A DNA stretch of 64,000 nucleotides from an uncultured Actinomycetota bacterium. Lineage in GTDB: Bacteria; Actinomycetota; Actinomycetes; Mycobacteriales; Mycobacteriaceae. The position numbers and the translations under genes were made by a program. Below are positions 1 through 10,006 of this stretch, in pieces. Every line of letters begins with the position of its first letter. The first letter of the stretch is position 1. The notes beneath the pieces were generated by a model. That model was given only the letters and a program-made list of their open reading frames with translations, had not been told where the DNA came from and did no database searches. The stretch lies in the NCBI GenBank assembly GCA_963805675.1, contig CAWDVY010000035.1, forward strand, positions 78,332 to 142,331. Reading direction: 5' to 3'.

Positions 1-1009
1 CACCGTCGATGTCGGCGGCGTACTTCCGGGTCAACGTGCGAAGCTCGGCTTGCCGGGCGAGCTTGGTATCTAACGTGGTGGCGTCGGCGGGTAGCTCGCT
101 CAGGTAGCCACCGAGCTCACGCGCGGCATCGCCGACCACCGTCAGCGCCTCACCCAGCTGACCGGCCAACCCCCGCAGCGTCGCGTCGTCGGTCGAGTCC
201 AGTGCCGCCCTGGCTCGCGCCAAACTGTCCGCCGCAGAGGCGAACTGCCCCGTCGGATCGCCGCCGGCGTCCTCCCCCGCGCCGGACAAGGCGGTGCGTG
301 CCCCGGACGCGGCCTCGCGCAGCGCGTCCAACTCCGAGAGGCGGCGGATGTCGGCGACCAGTGTGTCGTCCTCACCGGGCGCGGGATCGATGGCGTCGAT
401 CTCGTGTAGCGCGAACTTCAGCCGATCGGCTTCCTGGGCCAGTTCACGCGCTCGGTTGCTTCGGTCGACGAGGTCGCGGCGCGCCGACTGCCATGCGTCC
501 CGCAGTTTGCGGTACCGCTCCAGTCGGGCGCCGACGGCCGCGAACCGGTCGAGCGCCCCGCGTTGCTCGTCCGGTCGCATCAGTCGCAACTGATCGTTTT
601 GTCCGTGCAGAGTCAGCAGCTCGGTGGTGAAACCGCTCAGCGACTTGGCGGGCACGCTGCGACCACCGAGATAGGCCCGCGAAGGACCGTCGCGGCTGAC
701 CGAGCGCAGCGCGATGATGCTGCCGTCCTCGTCGCGCTCGGCTCCGGAGGCATCCAGCATCCCGTCGATCTGCGTTGCCGCTTTCTCGTCGAGATCGGCA
801 GTGCTGAAGCGACCCTCGACGACGGCGCGGTCGGCCCCCGAGCGCACCCGGTTGGCGTCGGCGCGGGCCCCACCGAGCAGGTGCAGCCCGGTGACCACCA
901 TGGTCTTGCCGGTGCCGGTCTCCCCGGTCAATACCGTCAGGCCGTGGCCGAATTCGGCGGTCGCGACGCTGATGGCGCCTAACGACTCGATCCGTATTTC
1001 ACTAAGCAC
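1..1009 (-). CDS. recN: DNA repair protein RecN, 5' part (runs off the left edge)
   Basis: Absent from the ORF track. Manual read from GTG at 1009 gives MLSEIRIESLGAI...LTVLTGETGTGKT (Walker A), directly downstream of the NAD kinase gene. Confidence 0.95.
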   Translation of the reverse strand, partial: MLSEIRIESLGAISVATAEFGHGLTVLTGETGTGKTMVVTGLHLLGGARADANRVRSGADRAVVEGRFSTADLDEKAATQIDGMLDASGAERDEDGSIIALRSVSRDGPSRAYLGGRSVPAKSLSGFTTELLTLHGQNDQLRLMRPDEQRGALDRFAAVGARLERYRKLRDAWQSARRDLVDRSNRARELAQEADRLKFALHEIDAIDPAPGEDDTLVADIRRLSELDALREAASGARTALSGAGEDAGGDPTGQFASAADSLARARAALDSTDDATLRGLAGQLGEALTVVGDAARELGGYLSELPADATTLDTKLARQAELRTLTRKYAADIDG

Positions 1010-1021
1010 CAGCGGGCACCG

Positions 1022-1945
1022 TTACCGTCCGCGCCAGCCGGTGACCGGCAGGCGGAACTTGCGCACCAGACGGTCGGTGAACGGCGCGCTGTCCAACCGC
1101 GCCCATTTCACCGATACGTCGCAACGCCGCACCTCCAACCGCGCACCCGCCGGTACCAGCATCTCCCGGCGACCGTCGCAGAACACCAGGGCGTCATGCC
1201 CGTCGGCCTCGATTTCGATGGCGATGCGAGCGTCGGGGCTGGTGACCATCGGACGGGCGAACAGCGCGTGAGCGTTGTTGGGCACCACCAGCAGCGCTTC
1301 CAGGTCCGGCCACAGCACCGGTCCGCCCGCGGAGAACGCGTAAGCCGTGGACCCGGTGGGTGTCGAGACCAAAACGCCGTCGCAGCCGAACGTCGAGACG
1401 GGCCGGCCGTCGACCTCGAGGACCACACCCAGCACACCGAGTCGCGGCCCCTTTTCCAGGCTGGCTTCGTTGAGCGCCCAGCCGCGGCTGACGACCTCGC
1501 CTTTCACCCACACCGCGATGTCGAGGGTCAACCGTTCCTCGAGGCGGTAGGACCGCGCCACAACATGCTCGAGCACGAAATCGATGGCATCTGCCTCGGC
1601 CTCGGCCAAAAAACCGATCCGACCCAGGTTGACGCCCAGTACCGGGATGTCGGCGTTGCGGGCGAGTTCGGCGGCCCGCAAGAAGGTGCCGTCGCCGCCG
1701 AGACCCACCACCAACTCGCATCCGTCGCCGGCGTCGGGGTCGGCGTCGACGACCTCGATGCCGACGCCCAACGCACGCACGTCGTCCGGGGCCAGATGCA
1801 GCGGACCCGTGTCGACGGCCTCGGCTGACAACACGCGAAGGCCAATACCGTTGGCGTTCAACACTTTCTCTACCCGACACGCGGTCTCGGTAGCTTCCTC
1901 GCGTCCGGTGTGGACCACGAGAAGGACGGTGCGCTCACGGGTCAT
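1022..1945 (-). CDS. ppnK: NAD kinase
   Basis: GGDGT motif, [20 protein letters not shown]; start MTRERTV at 1945. Confidence 0.95.
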   Translation of the reverse strand: MTRERTVLLVVHTGREEATETACRVEKVLNANGIGLRVLSAEAVDTGPLHLAPDDVRALGVGIEVVDADPDAGDGCELVVGLGGDGTFLRAAELARNADIPVLGVNLGRIGFLAEAEADAIDFVLEHVVARSYRLEERLTLDIAVWVKGEVVSRGWALNEASLEKGPRLGVLGVVLEVDGRPVSTFGCDGVLVSTPTGSTAYAFSAGGPVLWPDLEALLVVPNNAHALFARPMVTSPDARIAIEIEADGHDALVFCDGRREMLVPAGARLEVRRCDVSVKWARLDSAPFTDRLVRKFRLPVTGWRGR

Positions 1946-2751
1946 TGCGGACCCGCTTCGACGGCCCGTTGTACAGCGCATTGCAGATCATCAGCTGAAA
2001 GACCCCGATCGGTCTCGGCGCGCAACCACAGGAAGTATTCGACGTTCCCGGACGGACCCGGGAGCGGGCTCGGAGTGACCCCGACGGTGTGCCAGCCCAG
2101 CTCGTCAGCGCGACGTGCGACGGCAAGCACCGCGCCCGCCCGCAGCTCTGAACTGTGGACGACCCCGCCGGCTCCCACCTGACCTTTACCCACCTCGAAT
2201 TGAGGCTTCACCATGAGAACGATATCCGCGTTGTGCGATGCGCATCCAGTCAGCGCGGGCAACACGGTGGTCAGGGAGATGAATGACAGGTCAGCGACGA
2301 TGGCCTCCACCGGGCCACCGATCGCCTCCGGCGTGAGCTCCCGTGCGTTTGTCCGTTCGACCACCGCCACCCGAGGGTCTGACCGCAGCGACCAGGCCAG
2401 CTGGCCGTAGCCGACATCGACGGCGACCACTTCGCGCGCACCGCGATCCAACAGGACTTCGGTGAATCCCCCCGTCGAGGCTCCCGCGTCCAGACAGCGT
2501 CGAGCGTCCACGCTGATGCCGAATGCGTCGAGCGCGCCAATGAGTTTGTGAGCGCCACGCGACACCCAGCTGCGTTCGGCCTCACCGGCGACGCTCAGCG
2601 CCGCGGTTGCCGCAACGGCGGTGCCGGGCTTGACCGCGGGCATCCCGTCAATTCTCACCTTGCCGGCGCCGATCAACTCCGCGGCCTGCTGGCGAGATCG
2701 AGCCAGCCCGCGGCGGACCAGTTCGACGTCGACACGAGTGCGCCGCGGCAC
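1942..2751 (-). CDS. tlyA: TlyA rRNA 2'-O-methyltransferase
   Basis: S4-like N-terminus [46 protein letters not shown]. Confidence 0.95.
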   Translation of the reverse strand: MPRRTRVDVELVRRGLARSRQQAAELIGAGKVRIDGMPAVKPGTAVAATAALSVAGEAERSWVSRGAHKLIGALDAFGISVDARRCLDAGASTGGFTEVLLDRGAREVVAVDVGYGQLAWSLRSDPRVAVVERTNARELTPEAIGGPVEAIVADLSFISLTTVLPALTGCASHNADIVLMVKPQFEVGKGQVGAGGVVHSSELRAGAVLAVARRADELGWHTVGVTPSPLPGPSGNVEYFLWLRAETDRGLSADDLQCAVQRAVEAGPQ

Positions 2752-2758
2752 GGCGCAC

Positions 2759-2935
2759 TCAGCCCTTCTCCGCCGATTCCAGAGCCTGCACCAGCATGTC
2801 GTGCGCCTCGGACAGTCGACGCGCCATCTCTTCGAGATCGGCTTCGGCGGGCATGTTCTCGACGTTGGCAGGATCAGGCAGCTCGGCGAGGATGGCGTCG
2901 ATCCGCGCGCGAATCTCATCGGGGTCGGTATTCAT
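2759..2935 (-). CDS. Small conserved hypothetical protein (58 aa, Rv1693-like)
   Basis: Manual translation MNTDPDEIRARIDAILAELPD...LVQALESAEKG fills the gap between the HAD gene and tlyA; below the ORF-track cutoff. Confidence 0.8.
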   Translation of the reverse strand: MNTDPDEIRARIDAILAELPDPANVENMPAEADLEEMARRLSEAHDMLVQALESAEKG

Positions 2936-2956
2936 TGCGTTCCTACGCTATCGGAT

Positions 2957-3961
2957 TTACGCCAAGGACCACCGTTGCAGGGCATGGTGGGCGCTGTCGT
3001 CGCCGGCCTTGACGGTGGCGGTGTGCGTGCCGCGGTGGTCCGACCAGACCGCGTCGGCGACGGCGCGAACGATCGACAAGTCATCGCCGGTCGCATCGTC
3101 GCTTGCGGCGCTGACCGTAAACGACCCGTCGGCGGTCTCGACATGCCACGCGGTTTGCGCGGCGACCGCGAGCGTATCGGCATCCCGGTGCAGCGCGCGC
3201 AGGTCATGGCCGATGTAGGTCGGACGTTGTTCGGGCACTGCGTGAATCGCGTCCCGTGCGGAGCTGGCCCCGGTCAGCACCAGCAGGCTCGGCAGGTCCG
3301 CCGCGTTGGCGCCGGCGATATCGGTGTCCAATCGGTCACCGACTACCAGCGGGACACGAAAGTTGCCGCGCGCCAGCGCATCTGTCATCAAGGTCGGCGA
3401 CGGCTTGCCGGCGATCTGAGGCTCGGCCTCGGTAGCTGTCTTCAGCGCGGCGACCATGGACCCATTGCCGGGCAGCAGACCGCGTTCGGTGGGCAGGGTG
3501 GGATCGACGTTGGCGGCAACCCACAGGGCTCCGGCCCGGATGGCCAGCGCCGCTTCGGCGAGATTGGTCCACCCAGTTTCCGGTGAGTGGCCCTGGACCA
3601 CGGCGTGCGGTTCGTCATGAAAAAGGCGCACCGGCCGCAAGCCGACGGCGGCGATCTCAGCAGCCAGCGACTCGGTGCCGACCACCAGCACCCGGGATTC
3701 GGGCGCCAGTTGGGCGGCCAGTACACGGGCGGCACTTTGTGCGCTGGTGACGACATCGTCGGCGGTCGCGTCCAGACCGAGGTCGTGCAGGTGGCCGGCG
3801 ACCTCGTCGGCGCTGCGCGACGCGTTGTTGGTGACGAATAGCTTTCGGCCTTCAGCTTTTTCCAACGACTCCGCGGCGCCCTCGGTCAGCTCGTGACCGC
3901 GGAATACCGTTCCGTCAAGGTCGAGAAGGAGGCAATCATATTCCTGCGCAAGCGTTCCCAC
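2957..3961 (-). CDS. HAD-IIA family hydrolase (Rv1692-like)
   Basis: DLDGTV motif I, FVTNN, GKP, VGDRLDTDI; start taken at GTG 3961. Confidence 0.92.
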   Translation of the reverse strand: MGTLAQEYDCLLLDLDGTVFRGHELTEGAAESLEKAEGRKLFVTNNASRSADEVAGHLHDLGLDATADDVVTSAQSAARVLAAQLAPESRVLVVGTESLAAEIAAVGLRPVRLFHDEPHAVVQGHSPETGWTNLAEAALAIRAGALWVAANVDPTLPTERGLLPGNGSMVAALKTATEAEPQIAGKPSPTLMTDALARGNFRVPLVVGDRLDTDIAGANAADLPSLLVLTGASSARDAIHAVPEQRPTYIGHDLRALHRDADTLAVAAQTAWHVETADGSFTVSAASDDATGDDLSIVRAVADAVWSDHRGTHTATVKAGDDSAHHALQRWSLA

Positions 3962-3962
3962 G

Positions 3963-4751
3963 TCAGCCGAGCTCACTGACTCGGTCTTCGGCATCGGTGA
4001 CACCGTCGACGTCAGCGGCAGCGGCGCGCAGGAACCACTGCAGTGCCTCGTCGCCGCGGTCGAGCGCCAGCAGCGTCTCCGCGTACGCGTAGCACAGCCG
4101 GGCGGCGATCGCCCCGGTCCGTGTCGGGTCCAGTTGCGGGGTGGACAGGACGGTAAGGGCCTGCTCGAGTTGCCCGAGGTCGGCGCGGGCGCCGGCGACG
4201 ACGATGCGCAGCTCGTCGGCTTCGTCGCCGCTGAGCTTGGCCGCCTCGGGTCCGCGCGCCAGCTCGAGTGCCCGTTCCGGCCGGCCGAGACCGCGTTCGC
4301 AGTCGGCGATCAGCGGAAGCAGCGGAGACTTGCTGCCCATCCTGCGGGCGGCCCGCAGTTCTGCGAGGGCCTGCGACCAATCACCGCACCGGTAGGCTGC
4401 GATGCCGACGGCTTCCCGGACGGCGGCGATGCGGCCAGAGCGGGCCCGCGCGGCGCGGGCATGGTCGAGCGCAGCCTGGGGGTCGTCGTCGATCAACTCC
4501 GCCGCGGCGACCAAGTGGCGGGCCACGGCATCGGCGGTGGCGCGATCCAAAGTGCTGAGCTCCCGGCGGACGTCGGGTGCCAGTTGTTTTGCCTCGATGT
4601 CGGGCGGAATCGGCGGCGCGGTGCGATCCTCATCGGTGGGGCCGTGGTGGGGTTGTCCTCTGCGAGCGCGACCGGGGCCCGAGGTGGGTGCTTCAGAACG
4701 CGGTGCTCGCTTCGGCCGACGTGTCCACTCACCGTGCGTGTTGTCGACCAC
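3963..4751 (-). CDS. TPR-like helical repeat protein (Rv1691-like)
   Basis: REAVGIAAY...ALAELRAARRM, LLPLIADCERGLGRP; position matches the recalled synteny. Confidence 0.85.
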   Translation of the reverse strand: MVDNTHGEWTRRPKRAPRSEAPTSGPGRARRGQPHHGPTDEDRTAPPIPPDIEAKQLAPDVRRELSTLDRATADAVARHLVAAAELIDDDPQAALDHARAARARSGRIAAVREAVGIAAYRCGDWSQALAELRAARRMGSKSPLLPLIADCERGLGRPERALELARGPEAAKLSGDEADELRIVVAGARADLGQLEQALTVLSTPQLDPTRTGAIAARLCYAYAETLLALDRGDEALQWFLRAAAADVDGVTDAEDRVSELG

Positions 4752-4859
4752 TCGTGCCCTTCACCTCGAATTACTCCTGGTCCCTCCTGACAAAGGATAC
4801 GGGCTGCGTGCTGCGCGCCTGAATTCCGCATACGGCGGCAGTCAAACTCGTTGTCCCCG

Positions 4860-5240
4860 TTACAGCACGGCGTCGGCCAGGCGGTCGACCTGGTCCAGCG
4901 AGGCGACGGCGGGATGGAACAGCAGTCGATCGAACCCGAGGTCGTCGTAAGCGCGCACGGTGTCACGCGCCTCTTGCGGTGAGGTGATGATGTCGTCGAC
5001 GTTGAGTTTGGCGTATGCGGGTTTGAACCCGTAGTAGTGAGCCAGGTGCCTGCGGCCGCACTCCGCGACGTGCTCGTCGCCGATCGCAAAGTTCACCGAC
5101 GCATGAGTTTGGGGGTTGCCGGTTCGGCCGGCCTCGCGCCATCCCGCACGGACTCGGTCGGCAAACTCTGACTGCCCGTTGTAATCCCGCAACGCGCCGG
5201 CGACCCAGCCATCTCCGACCGTCGTGGCGCGTCGCAGTGT
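4860..5240 (-). pseudogene. 3' half of an LLM-class flavin/F420-dependent oxidoreductase (5'-truncated)
   Basis: TLRRATTVGDGWVAG...AYDDLGFDRLLFHP...QVDRLADAVL is typical of an LLM C-terminal half. No start codon; it begins abruptly at the 16S fragment. Confidence 0.75.
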
Positions 5241-5270
5241 CCGAGCCAGAATCAAACTCTCCAAACAAAA
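5239..5270 (-). rRNA. Remnant 5' end of 16S rRNA (~30 nt, truncated and mutated)
   Basis: Minus strand TTTTGTTTGGAGAGTTTGATTCTGGCTCGGAC versus the recalled mycobacterial 16S start TTTTGTTTGGAGAGTTTGATCCTGGCTCAGGAC (one substitution, one deletion). Confidence 0.85.
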
Positions 5271-5577
5271 ACAACCCATCCCACAAGACAGGTGAATTCG
5301 AATCAGAAAAATCTGACCTAACAAAAAGACACCAAAAACTGGCATCAAAAACAACCACACCCACACACGGGAATATGCAGACGTGGCCAAAAAACAACAA
5401 CAAAAACAAAACCACCAAACACACTATTGAGTTCTCAAACAACACCCCACCGGCCGCGCAACAAGACCCACGGCTCTTGGCCGCTCACTCGCTGTGCGGA
5501 CGACGAAGGATCCCACCGAAGTGGTGTTTCCCTCTGGGACATCGTCGCGCTCGACGGACCTGCCGCGTCGCGACGAC
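5271..5577 (-). ncRNA. rrn operon 5' leader (pre-16S) with conserved leader/boxA
   Basis: GT-rich minus strand, TGTTGTTTGAGAACTCAATAGTGTGTTTGGT at about 5414-5444, and a CCAC-TTCG-GTGG hairpin at 5513-5524. Confidence 0.85.
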
Positions 5578-5583
5578 TCGCTT

Positions 5584-5612
5584 AAGTTACGTGACAGGAA
5601 ACTCGGAGTCAA
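5584..5612 (-). promoter_or_regulatory. SigA-type rrn promoter
   Basis: TTGACT-17 nt-TAACTT just after the tyrS stop, pointing into the rrn leader. Confidence 0.85.
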
Positions 5613-5649
5613 ACAAGCTGCTAGGCGGCGTGTTTCGGCTGTCTCAAGA

Positions 5650-6925
5650 TCAGCCGACGCGCTCGACGCCGGCGATATTCCGCTTGCCGCGGCGCAGCAC
5701 GAGCCACCGTCCGTGCAGGAAGTCCGTTGGTTGGGGCGCCCAGGCCTCGTCGTCGATCTTGGTGTTGTTGACCGACACGCCGCCCTCGGCGATCGTGCGT
5801 CGCGCAGCCCCTTTGCTTTGCGCCAGCCCGCTCGCGACCAGCAGGTCGACGATCCCGTCCGGGGTACCCGGTTGCAGCTCAGCTATCGAGGTTTCCTGGA
5901 GCGCTGCCCTCAGCGTGGCCTCGTCCAGACGGCTGAGCTCCCCGCGGCCGAACAGTGCTCGGCTCGCATGTTCAACGGCCTCCGTAGCGTGATCGCCGTG
6001 CACCAGCGTCGTGAGCTCGCGCGCCAACCGGCGTTGTGCGGCACGTTCCTGCGGTCGTGCCGCAGTGGCCTCGTCCAGCTCGGATAACTCGTCGGCCGAC
6101 AGAAAGGTGAACCAGCGCAGGTAGCGGATGACGTCGGCATCAGCGGTGTTGACGAAGTACTGGTACCAGGCGTACGGAGTCGTCATTTCCGGGTCCAACC
6201 ACAGGTTGCCGCCGCCGGTGGACTTGCCGAACTTCGTCCCGTCGGCGGCGGTCACCAACGGAACGGTGAGGGCATGCACCGAGGCGGCCAGCTTCTGGCG
6301 CACCAACCGGACGCCGGCGATGATGTTGCCCCACTGATCGGATCCGCCGATCTGCAGCACGCAACGATGACGTTGGTGAAGCTCGACGTAGTCGTTGGCC
6401 TGCAACAGCATGTAGCTGAACTCCGTGTAGGAGATCCCCTCACCCTCCAGCCGTCGCCGAATGGTGTCCCGATCCAGCATCACGTTGACCGAGAAGTGCT
6501 TACCGACGTCGCGCAGCAACTCGATCGCCGACATCGCGCCGGTCCAGTCGAGGTTGTTTTCGACGATGGCGCCCGTTGGTGAGCTGTCGAAGTCGACGAA
6601 GCGCTCGAGCTGTCCACGGATCCGCTCGGTCCATTCCTGGACGATGTCGGCGGTGTTGAGCACCCGCTCGCCAGTTTCGCGCGGGTCGCCGATCAAGCCG
6701 GTTGCGCCGCCGGCAAGAACGATCGGGCCGGTGGCCGGCCCGCTGAAAACGCCTCAGCGCCAACAATGGCACCAGATGCCCGGCATGCAGACTGGGCGCG
6801 GTGGGATCAAATCCCGCGTAAAGAGTGATCGGACCACGGGCCGCCTCGCTGGCGAGCGCGTCGAGGTCGGTCGACTGCGCAATCAGCCCACGCCAGCTCA
6901 GCTCGTCGAGGATTTCAGCGCCCAC
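5650..6925 (-). CDS. tyrS: Tyrosine--tRNA ligase (apparent +1 frameshift at ~6726)
   Basis: [13 protein letters not shown] (HIGH), KFGKS (KMSKS), C-terminal S4 domain. Split over ORFs 6500-6925 and 5650-6696 by one extra base in a short run (CACCGGCCCGATCGTT). Confidence 0.95.
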
Positions 6926-6991
6926 AGTGATAGATCCTCTCGCACTGTACGCGGCGACCCGGCGGCGGGCGACCGGACGGCGCGTCGCGGA

Positions 6992-7603
6992 TCAGTCGCT
7001 GGCGCCCGGTGCGGGCGCTCGTGGACTGCGCCGGTAGGCCGAGACCTCTTCTCGCCCCGGCAGCCACAGTCGCCACGGTCGGTCGGCGGCTTGGCTGATA
7101 CCGACACGAGGCCCGGAGACTGCTTCGACGGTGTCGTTGAGCTTCAGTCGGATCGGATTGTCGGCGTCAAACAGATCGACTCCGTTGTCGGCCATGGTGA
7201 TTCCCGCAGCCGAGCAGAGATTTCCCGGTCCGCGCCCGAGAGCGCTGACGCGGATCAACGCGCCGCGCCGGGACTGGGCGATGTCGAGCCCGGTCTCGAT
7301 CGCCGCCGCCCTGAACAGCACGGCGGCCGCAGTGCCGTCGGCTCCGCACACCACGTTTGCGCAGACGTGGATGCCGTGGCTGCGGTAGGTGTAAAGCCGG
7401 CCGGGAGGGCCGAACATCACGGCGCTGCGGCCGGTAGGACCGCGGTAGGAATGCGCCGCGGGATCTGGCCACGGACCGTCGGGCACCCCGCCGTAGGCCT
7501 CTACCTCCACAATCGTGGCGATGACGCCGCGACCGGTGAGCGTGGCGCCGAGTAGCCGATGCGCCGCTTCGACCGGATCGACCGCGAGTTGGTCAGCGCC
7601 CAC
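6992..7603 (-). CDS. mpg: 3-methyladenine DNA glycosylase (MPG/AAG family)
   Basis: [41 protein letters not shown]. Confidence 0.92.
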   Translation of the reverse strand: MGADQLAVDPVEAAHRLLGATLTGRGVIATIVEVEAYGGVPDGPWPDPAAHSYRGPTGRSAVMFGPPGRLYTYRSHGIHVCANVVCGADGTAAAVLFRAAAIETGLDIAQSRRGALIRVSALGRGPGNLCSAAGITMADNGVDLFDADNPIRLKLNDTVEAVSGPRVGISQAADRPWRLWLPGREEVSAYRRSPRAPAPGASD

Positions 7604-7653
7604 CGGACAGATTCTGCCTGCAACCCTTGACAGCCGGCCCGCAGGGGTAGATA

Positions 7654-7685
7654 TTCATCAAATGATGACTTCATCAACTGATGAA
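7654..7685. promoter_or_regulatory. Two adjacent 16-bp palindromic operators over the ABC start (likely bound by the operon's TetR)
   Basis: TTCATCA-AA-TGATGAC (7654-7669) and TTCATCA-AC-TGATGAA (7670-7685); TTGACA at 7627-7632 upstream. Confidence 0.75.
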
Positions 7686-8426
7686 TTACCGCGACACGGT
7701 CACGAAGCAGCGGTCGACATCAGCCATTTGCGGGTGATTCGCGGTAAACATCCAGCGCTGCACGACTTCTCGGTACAGATAGCTCGCGGCAGTATCACCG
7801 GCCTGCTCGGGCCGTCGGGCTGCGGGAAGACCACGCTCATGCGGTGCATCGTCGGGACCCAACTCGTTGCTTCGGGCACGGTGCGGGTGCTCGACCTACC
7901 GGCGGGGTCAGCGCCGTTGCGCCGCCGGATCGGCTACCTGCCGCAGGACCCAACAATCTACAACGACCTACGGATCGTCGACAACGTCCGCTATTTCGCG
8001 TCGCTTTACGGTTTTGACCGCCGCGCCGCCGACTCGGCGATTGATCGGGTGGGTCTCGGTGATCACAGCACGGCCTACTGCGGCAACCTCTCCGGCGGTC
8101 AGCGGACCAGGGTGTCGCTGGCGTGTGCGCTGGTCTGCCGGCCCGAGTTGCTGGTGCTCGACGAACCGACCGTGGGTTTGGATCCCGTGCTACGCGCAGA
8201 TCTGTGGGAGCAGTTCGCCGACCTGGCCCGCGCCGGGACCACGCTGCTGGTCTCCAGCCATGTGATGGACGAAGCCAACCACTGCGGTGACCTGTTGCTG
8301 ATGCGCGACGGTCACCTGGTCGCGCACACCACCCCGACCCAACTACGAGAGGACACCGGATGCACGTCCCTGGAGGAAGCGTTCCTGTCCATCATCAAGC
8401 ACAACACCAAGCGCCAAGCCGTCTAG
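7662..8426 (+). CDS. ABC transporter ATP-binding protein (Rv1687c-like efflux)
   Basis: GPSGCGKT, LSGGQ, LLVLDEPT, SSH. Confidence 0.92.
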   Translation: MMTSSTDELPRHGHEAAVDISHLRVIRGKHPALHDFSVQIARGSITGLLGPSGCGKTTLMRCIVGTQLVASGTVRVLDLPAGSAPLRRRIGYLPQDPTIYNDLRIVDNVRYFASLYGFDRRAADSAIDRVGLGDHSTAYCGNLSGGQRTRVSLACALVCRPELLVLDEPTVGLDPVLRADLWEQFADLARAGTTLLVSSHVMDEANHCGDLLLMRDGHLVAHTTPTQLREDTGCTSLEEAFLSIIKHNTKRQAV

Positions 8427-8497
8427 GGCTGACGGGATACACCGCGACCACGACGCGGATTCTGCGTCAGCTGGCCGCCGATCACCGCAGCGTCGCG

Positions 8498-9178
8498 ATG
8501 ATCCTCGCGGTGCCAGTGCTGGTTATCACGTTGATGTACTTCATGTTCGACAATGCGCCGCACCGGCCGGGCACGCCGTCGCCGTTCAACAGCGCCTGCA
8601 TGATCCTGCTCGGGCTGTTCCCACTGTTCGTGATGTTCATCATCACGGCGATCACCATGCAGCGGGAGCGGGCTTCGGGGACGCTGGAGCGCATCCTGAC
8701 CACCCCGCTGCGCCGACTGGACCTGCTGATCGCTTATGGGACAGCGTTTTCGATAGCCGCAGCGGCGCAAGCTATTTTGGCGTGCATCGTCTCGTTCTGG
8801 TTGCTCGGCTTCGACACCGCGGGCAGTCCAGTTTGGGTGTTTGTGATCGCGATTGTCAACGCGGTGCTCGGTGTCGGTCTCGGATTGTTGTGTAGTGCGT
8901 TCGCGCGCACTGAGTTTCAGGCCGTACAGTTCATTCCGCTGGTGATGGTGCCGCAGCTGCTGCTGGCGGGCATCATCGTCCCGCGCGCACTGATGCCCAC
9001 CTGGTTGGAGTGGATCAGCAATGTGATGCCGGCCAGCTATGCACTGGAGGCTCTGCAGCAGGTGGGCGCGCATAGCCAGCTAACCGGTGTCGCGGTGCGC
9101 GACATTGCAGTCGTGCTGGGTTTTGCGATCGCGGCTCTGTGCCTGGCCGCTGCGACCTTGCGCCGCAGGACACCCTGA
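8498..9178 (+). CDS. ABC-2 type permease (Rv1686c-like); start may lie ~70 nt upstream
   Basis: Multiple TM helices, ERASGTLERILTTP, PASYA. Confidence 0.88.
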   Translation: MILAVPVLVITLMYFMFDNAPHRPGTPSPFNSACMILLGLFPLFVMFIITAITMQRERASGTLERILTTPLRRLDLLIAYGTAFSIAAAAQAILACIVSFWLLGFDTAGSPVWVFVIAIVNAVLGVGLGLLCSAFARTEFQAVQFIPLVMVPQLLLAGIIVPRALMPTWLEWISNVMPASYALEALQQVGAHSQLTGVAVRDIAVVLGFAIAALCLAAATLRRRTP

Positions 9179-9179
9179 C

Positions 9180-9803
9180 GTGACGGCCACCAACGCCGGA
9201 CGCAAACGGCGAGGCCGGCCGGCCGGAAGCTCGAATACACGGCAGCGGATTCTGACCAGTGCCCGAGAACTATTCGCCCGCAATGGGATTAGTAATACGT
9301 CGATACGCGCTGTCGCTGCGGCAGCCGGCGTGGATTCGGCGTTGGTGCATCACTACTTCGGCACTAAGGAACAGCTTTTCGCCGCGGCCGTTCAGATCCC
9401 GATCGATCCGATGGACGTGATCGGCCCGTTGCGCGAGGTGCCCGTCGAGGAACTCGGCTACCAACTACCGTCAATGTTGTTGCCGCTGTGGGACTCCGAG
9501 ATCGGTGCGAGCTTCATCGCCACGCTGCGGTCAATTCTGGCCGGGGCGGAGGTCAACCTGTTCCGGACGTTCATCCAGGACATCATCGCGGTCGAAGTGG
9601 GCACGCGCGTCGACAATCCGCCCGGCAGCGGCATAGTCCGTATCCAGTTCGTCGCGTCGCAGCTGGTGGGCGTGATCATGGCGCGCTACATCTTGAAGTT
9701 GGAGCCGTTCGCGTCGCTTCCCGCTCAGCAGATCGCGGACACCATCGCACCGAACCTGCAGCGTTACCTCACTGGCGATTTGCCGGCGTGGCCCGCGCCA
9801 TGA
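9180..9803 (+). CDS. TetR family regulator (Rv1685c-like)
   Basis: N-terminal HTH SIRAVAAAAGVDSALVHHYFGTKEQLF. Confidence 0.9.
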   Translation: MTATNAGRKRRGRPAGSSNTRQRILTSARELFARNGISNTSIRAVAAAAGVDSALVHHYFGTKEQLFAAAVQIPIDPMDVIGPLREVPVEELGYQLPSMLLPLWDSEIGASFIATLRSILAGAEVNLFRTFIQDIIAVEVGTRVDNPPGSGIVRIQFVASQLVGVIMARYILKLEPFASLPAQQIADTIAPNLQRYLTGDLPAWPAP

Positions 9804-9993
9804 GCCGCGCGTGCTCCTCGTCGCTCACCTCGACAGCCTCGTCGACCAGCAACACCGGGATGCTGTCTTCGATGCGGTAAGCCCGCCGCAGCCGCGGGTT
9901 GTACAGCAGCTCCTCGTCACCCTTGCCTACCAGCACCAGCGGCCCGCGGTCGGCCGGACAGACCAGGATGCTCAGTAACGCTTCGTCAATCAC
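9769..9993 (-). CDS. Trm112-like protein (Rv1684-like)
   Basis: LLSILVCPADRGPL...YRIEDSIPVLL. Confidence 0.85.
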   Translation of the reverse strand: MIDEALLSILVCPADRGPLVLVGKGDEELLYNPRLRRAYRIEDSIPVLLVDEAVEVSDEEHARLMARATPANRQ

Positions 9994-10006
9994 TGTTGCT
10001 CCGATG

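Noticed and set aside
4829-4842. TACGGCGGC as a 5S rRNA remnant
   Set aside because: Nine-base match on the wrong strand relative to the 16S fragment, with no flanking similarity.
5241-5390. N-terminal extension of ORF 4860-5390 as real protein
   Set aside because: It is the rrn leader read in frame by chance; low-complexity GT-rich sequence.
6715-6735. Programmed frameshifting in tyrS (or lysX)
   Set aside because: No slippery heptamer or stimulatory structure; many similar indels elsewhere point to sequencing error.
6926-6991. T-box leader upstream of tyrS (also checked upstream of pheS)
   Set aside because: Intergenic space too short and no T-box consensus seen.
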